Origin: Mizuhopecten yessoensis
Lineage: Eukaryota
NCBI RefSeq assembly: GCF_002113885.1
Contig: NW_018404123.1
Location: 307,716-371,715 of the forward strand
Direction: 5' to 3'
DNA: 64,000 nt
The notes under the pieces are model-generated. The model saw only the letters and a program-made list of their open reading frames with translations. It ran no database searches and was not told where the DNA came from. Positions 63,670 to 64,000 of this stretch are shown here, in pieces. Each line of letters starts with the position of its first letter. Position 1 is the stretch's first letter. The position numbers were made by a program, and so were the translations under genes.

Positions 63670-64000
63670 GGTTCAGTGTACTTATTGTTTGTCTGAAGGG
63701 TTCAGTATACTTATTGTTTGTCTGTAGGGTTCGGTATACTTATTGTTTGTCTGTAGGGTTTGGTATACTTATTGTTTGTCTGTGGGGTTCAGTTTACTTA
63801 TTGTTTGTCTGTAGGGTTCAGTATACTTATTGTTTGTCTGTAGGGTTTGGTATACTTATTGTTTGTCTGTAGGGTTTGGTATACTATTGTTTGTCTGTAG
63901 GGTTCAGTATACTTATTGTTTGTCTGTAGGGTTCAGTGTACCTATTGTTTGTCTGTAGGGTTTGGTATACTTTTGTTTGTCTGTAGGGTTTGGTATACTC
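63670..64000. repeat. 29-bp tandem repeat, at least 11 copies, truncated by window end
   Basis: ggtttggtatacttattgtttgtctgtag. Confidence 0.93.

Overview
AT-rich animal genomic DNA; the repeat content and gene style suggest a bivalve mollusc (inference). Almost the whole window is one + strand, multi-exon LOXHD1-type gene. I traced 39 GT-AG coding exons from an ATG at 2188 to 62964 with consistent intron phases: 6694 nt, about 2231 aa, a ~186-aa non-PLAT N-terminus followed by 15 PLAT/LH2 repeats. The 15th repeat runs off the window end. The 15.3-kb intron 10 (17246-32560) holds a nested antisense gene whose CDS I rebuild as join(complement 26872..24682, 22770..22667), 764 aa. It has a signal peptide, long coiled coils and a C-terminal domain resembling that of ABI3BP(TARSH)/FNDC1, with no FN3 repeats that I can see; this is the best candidate for something undescribed. 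Also present: two candidate frame-preserving microexons, a candidate internal start exon, a decayed L1/Tx1-like LINE, several MITE/Helentron-like elements, two assembly gaps and about 20 minisatellites. Several of those arrays contain copies of the neighbouring splice site. Exon coordinates were derived by hand, and homology calls rest on recalled motifs, not database searches.
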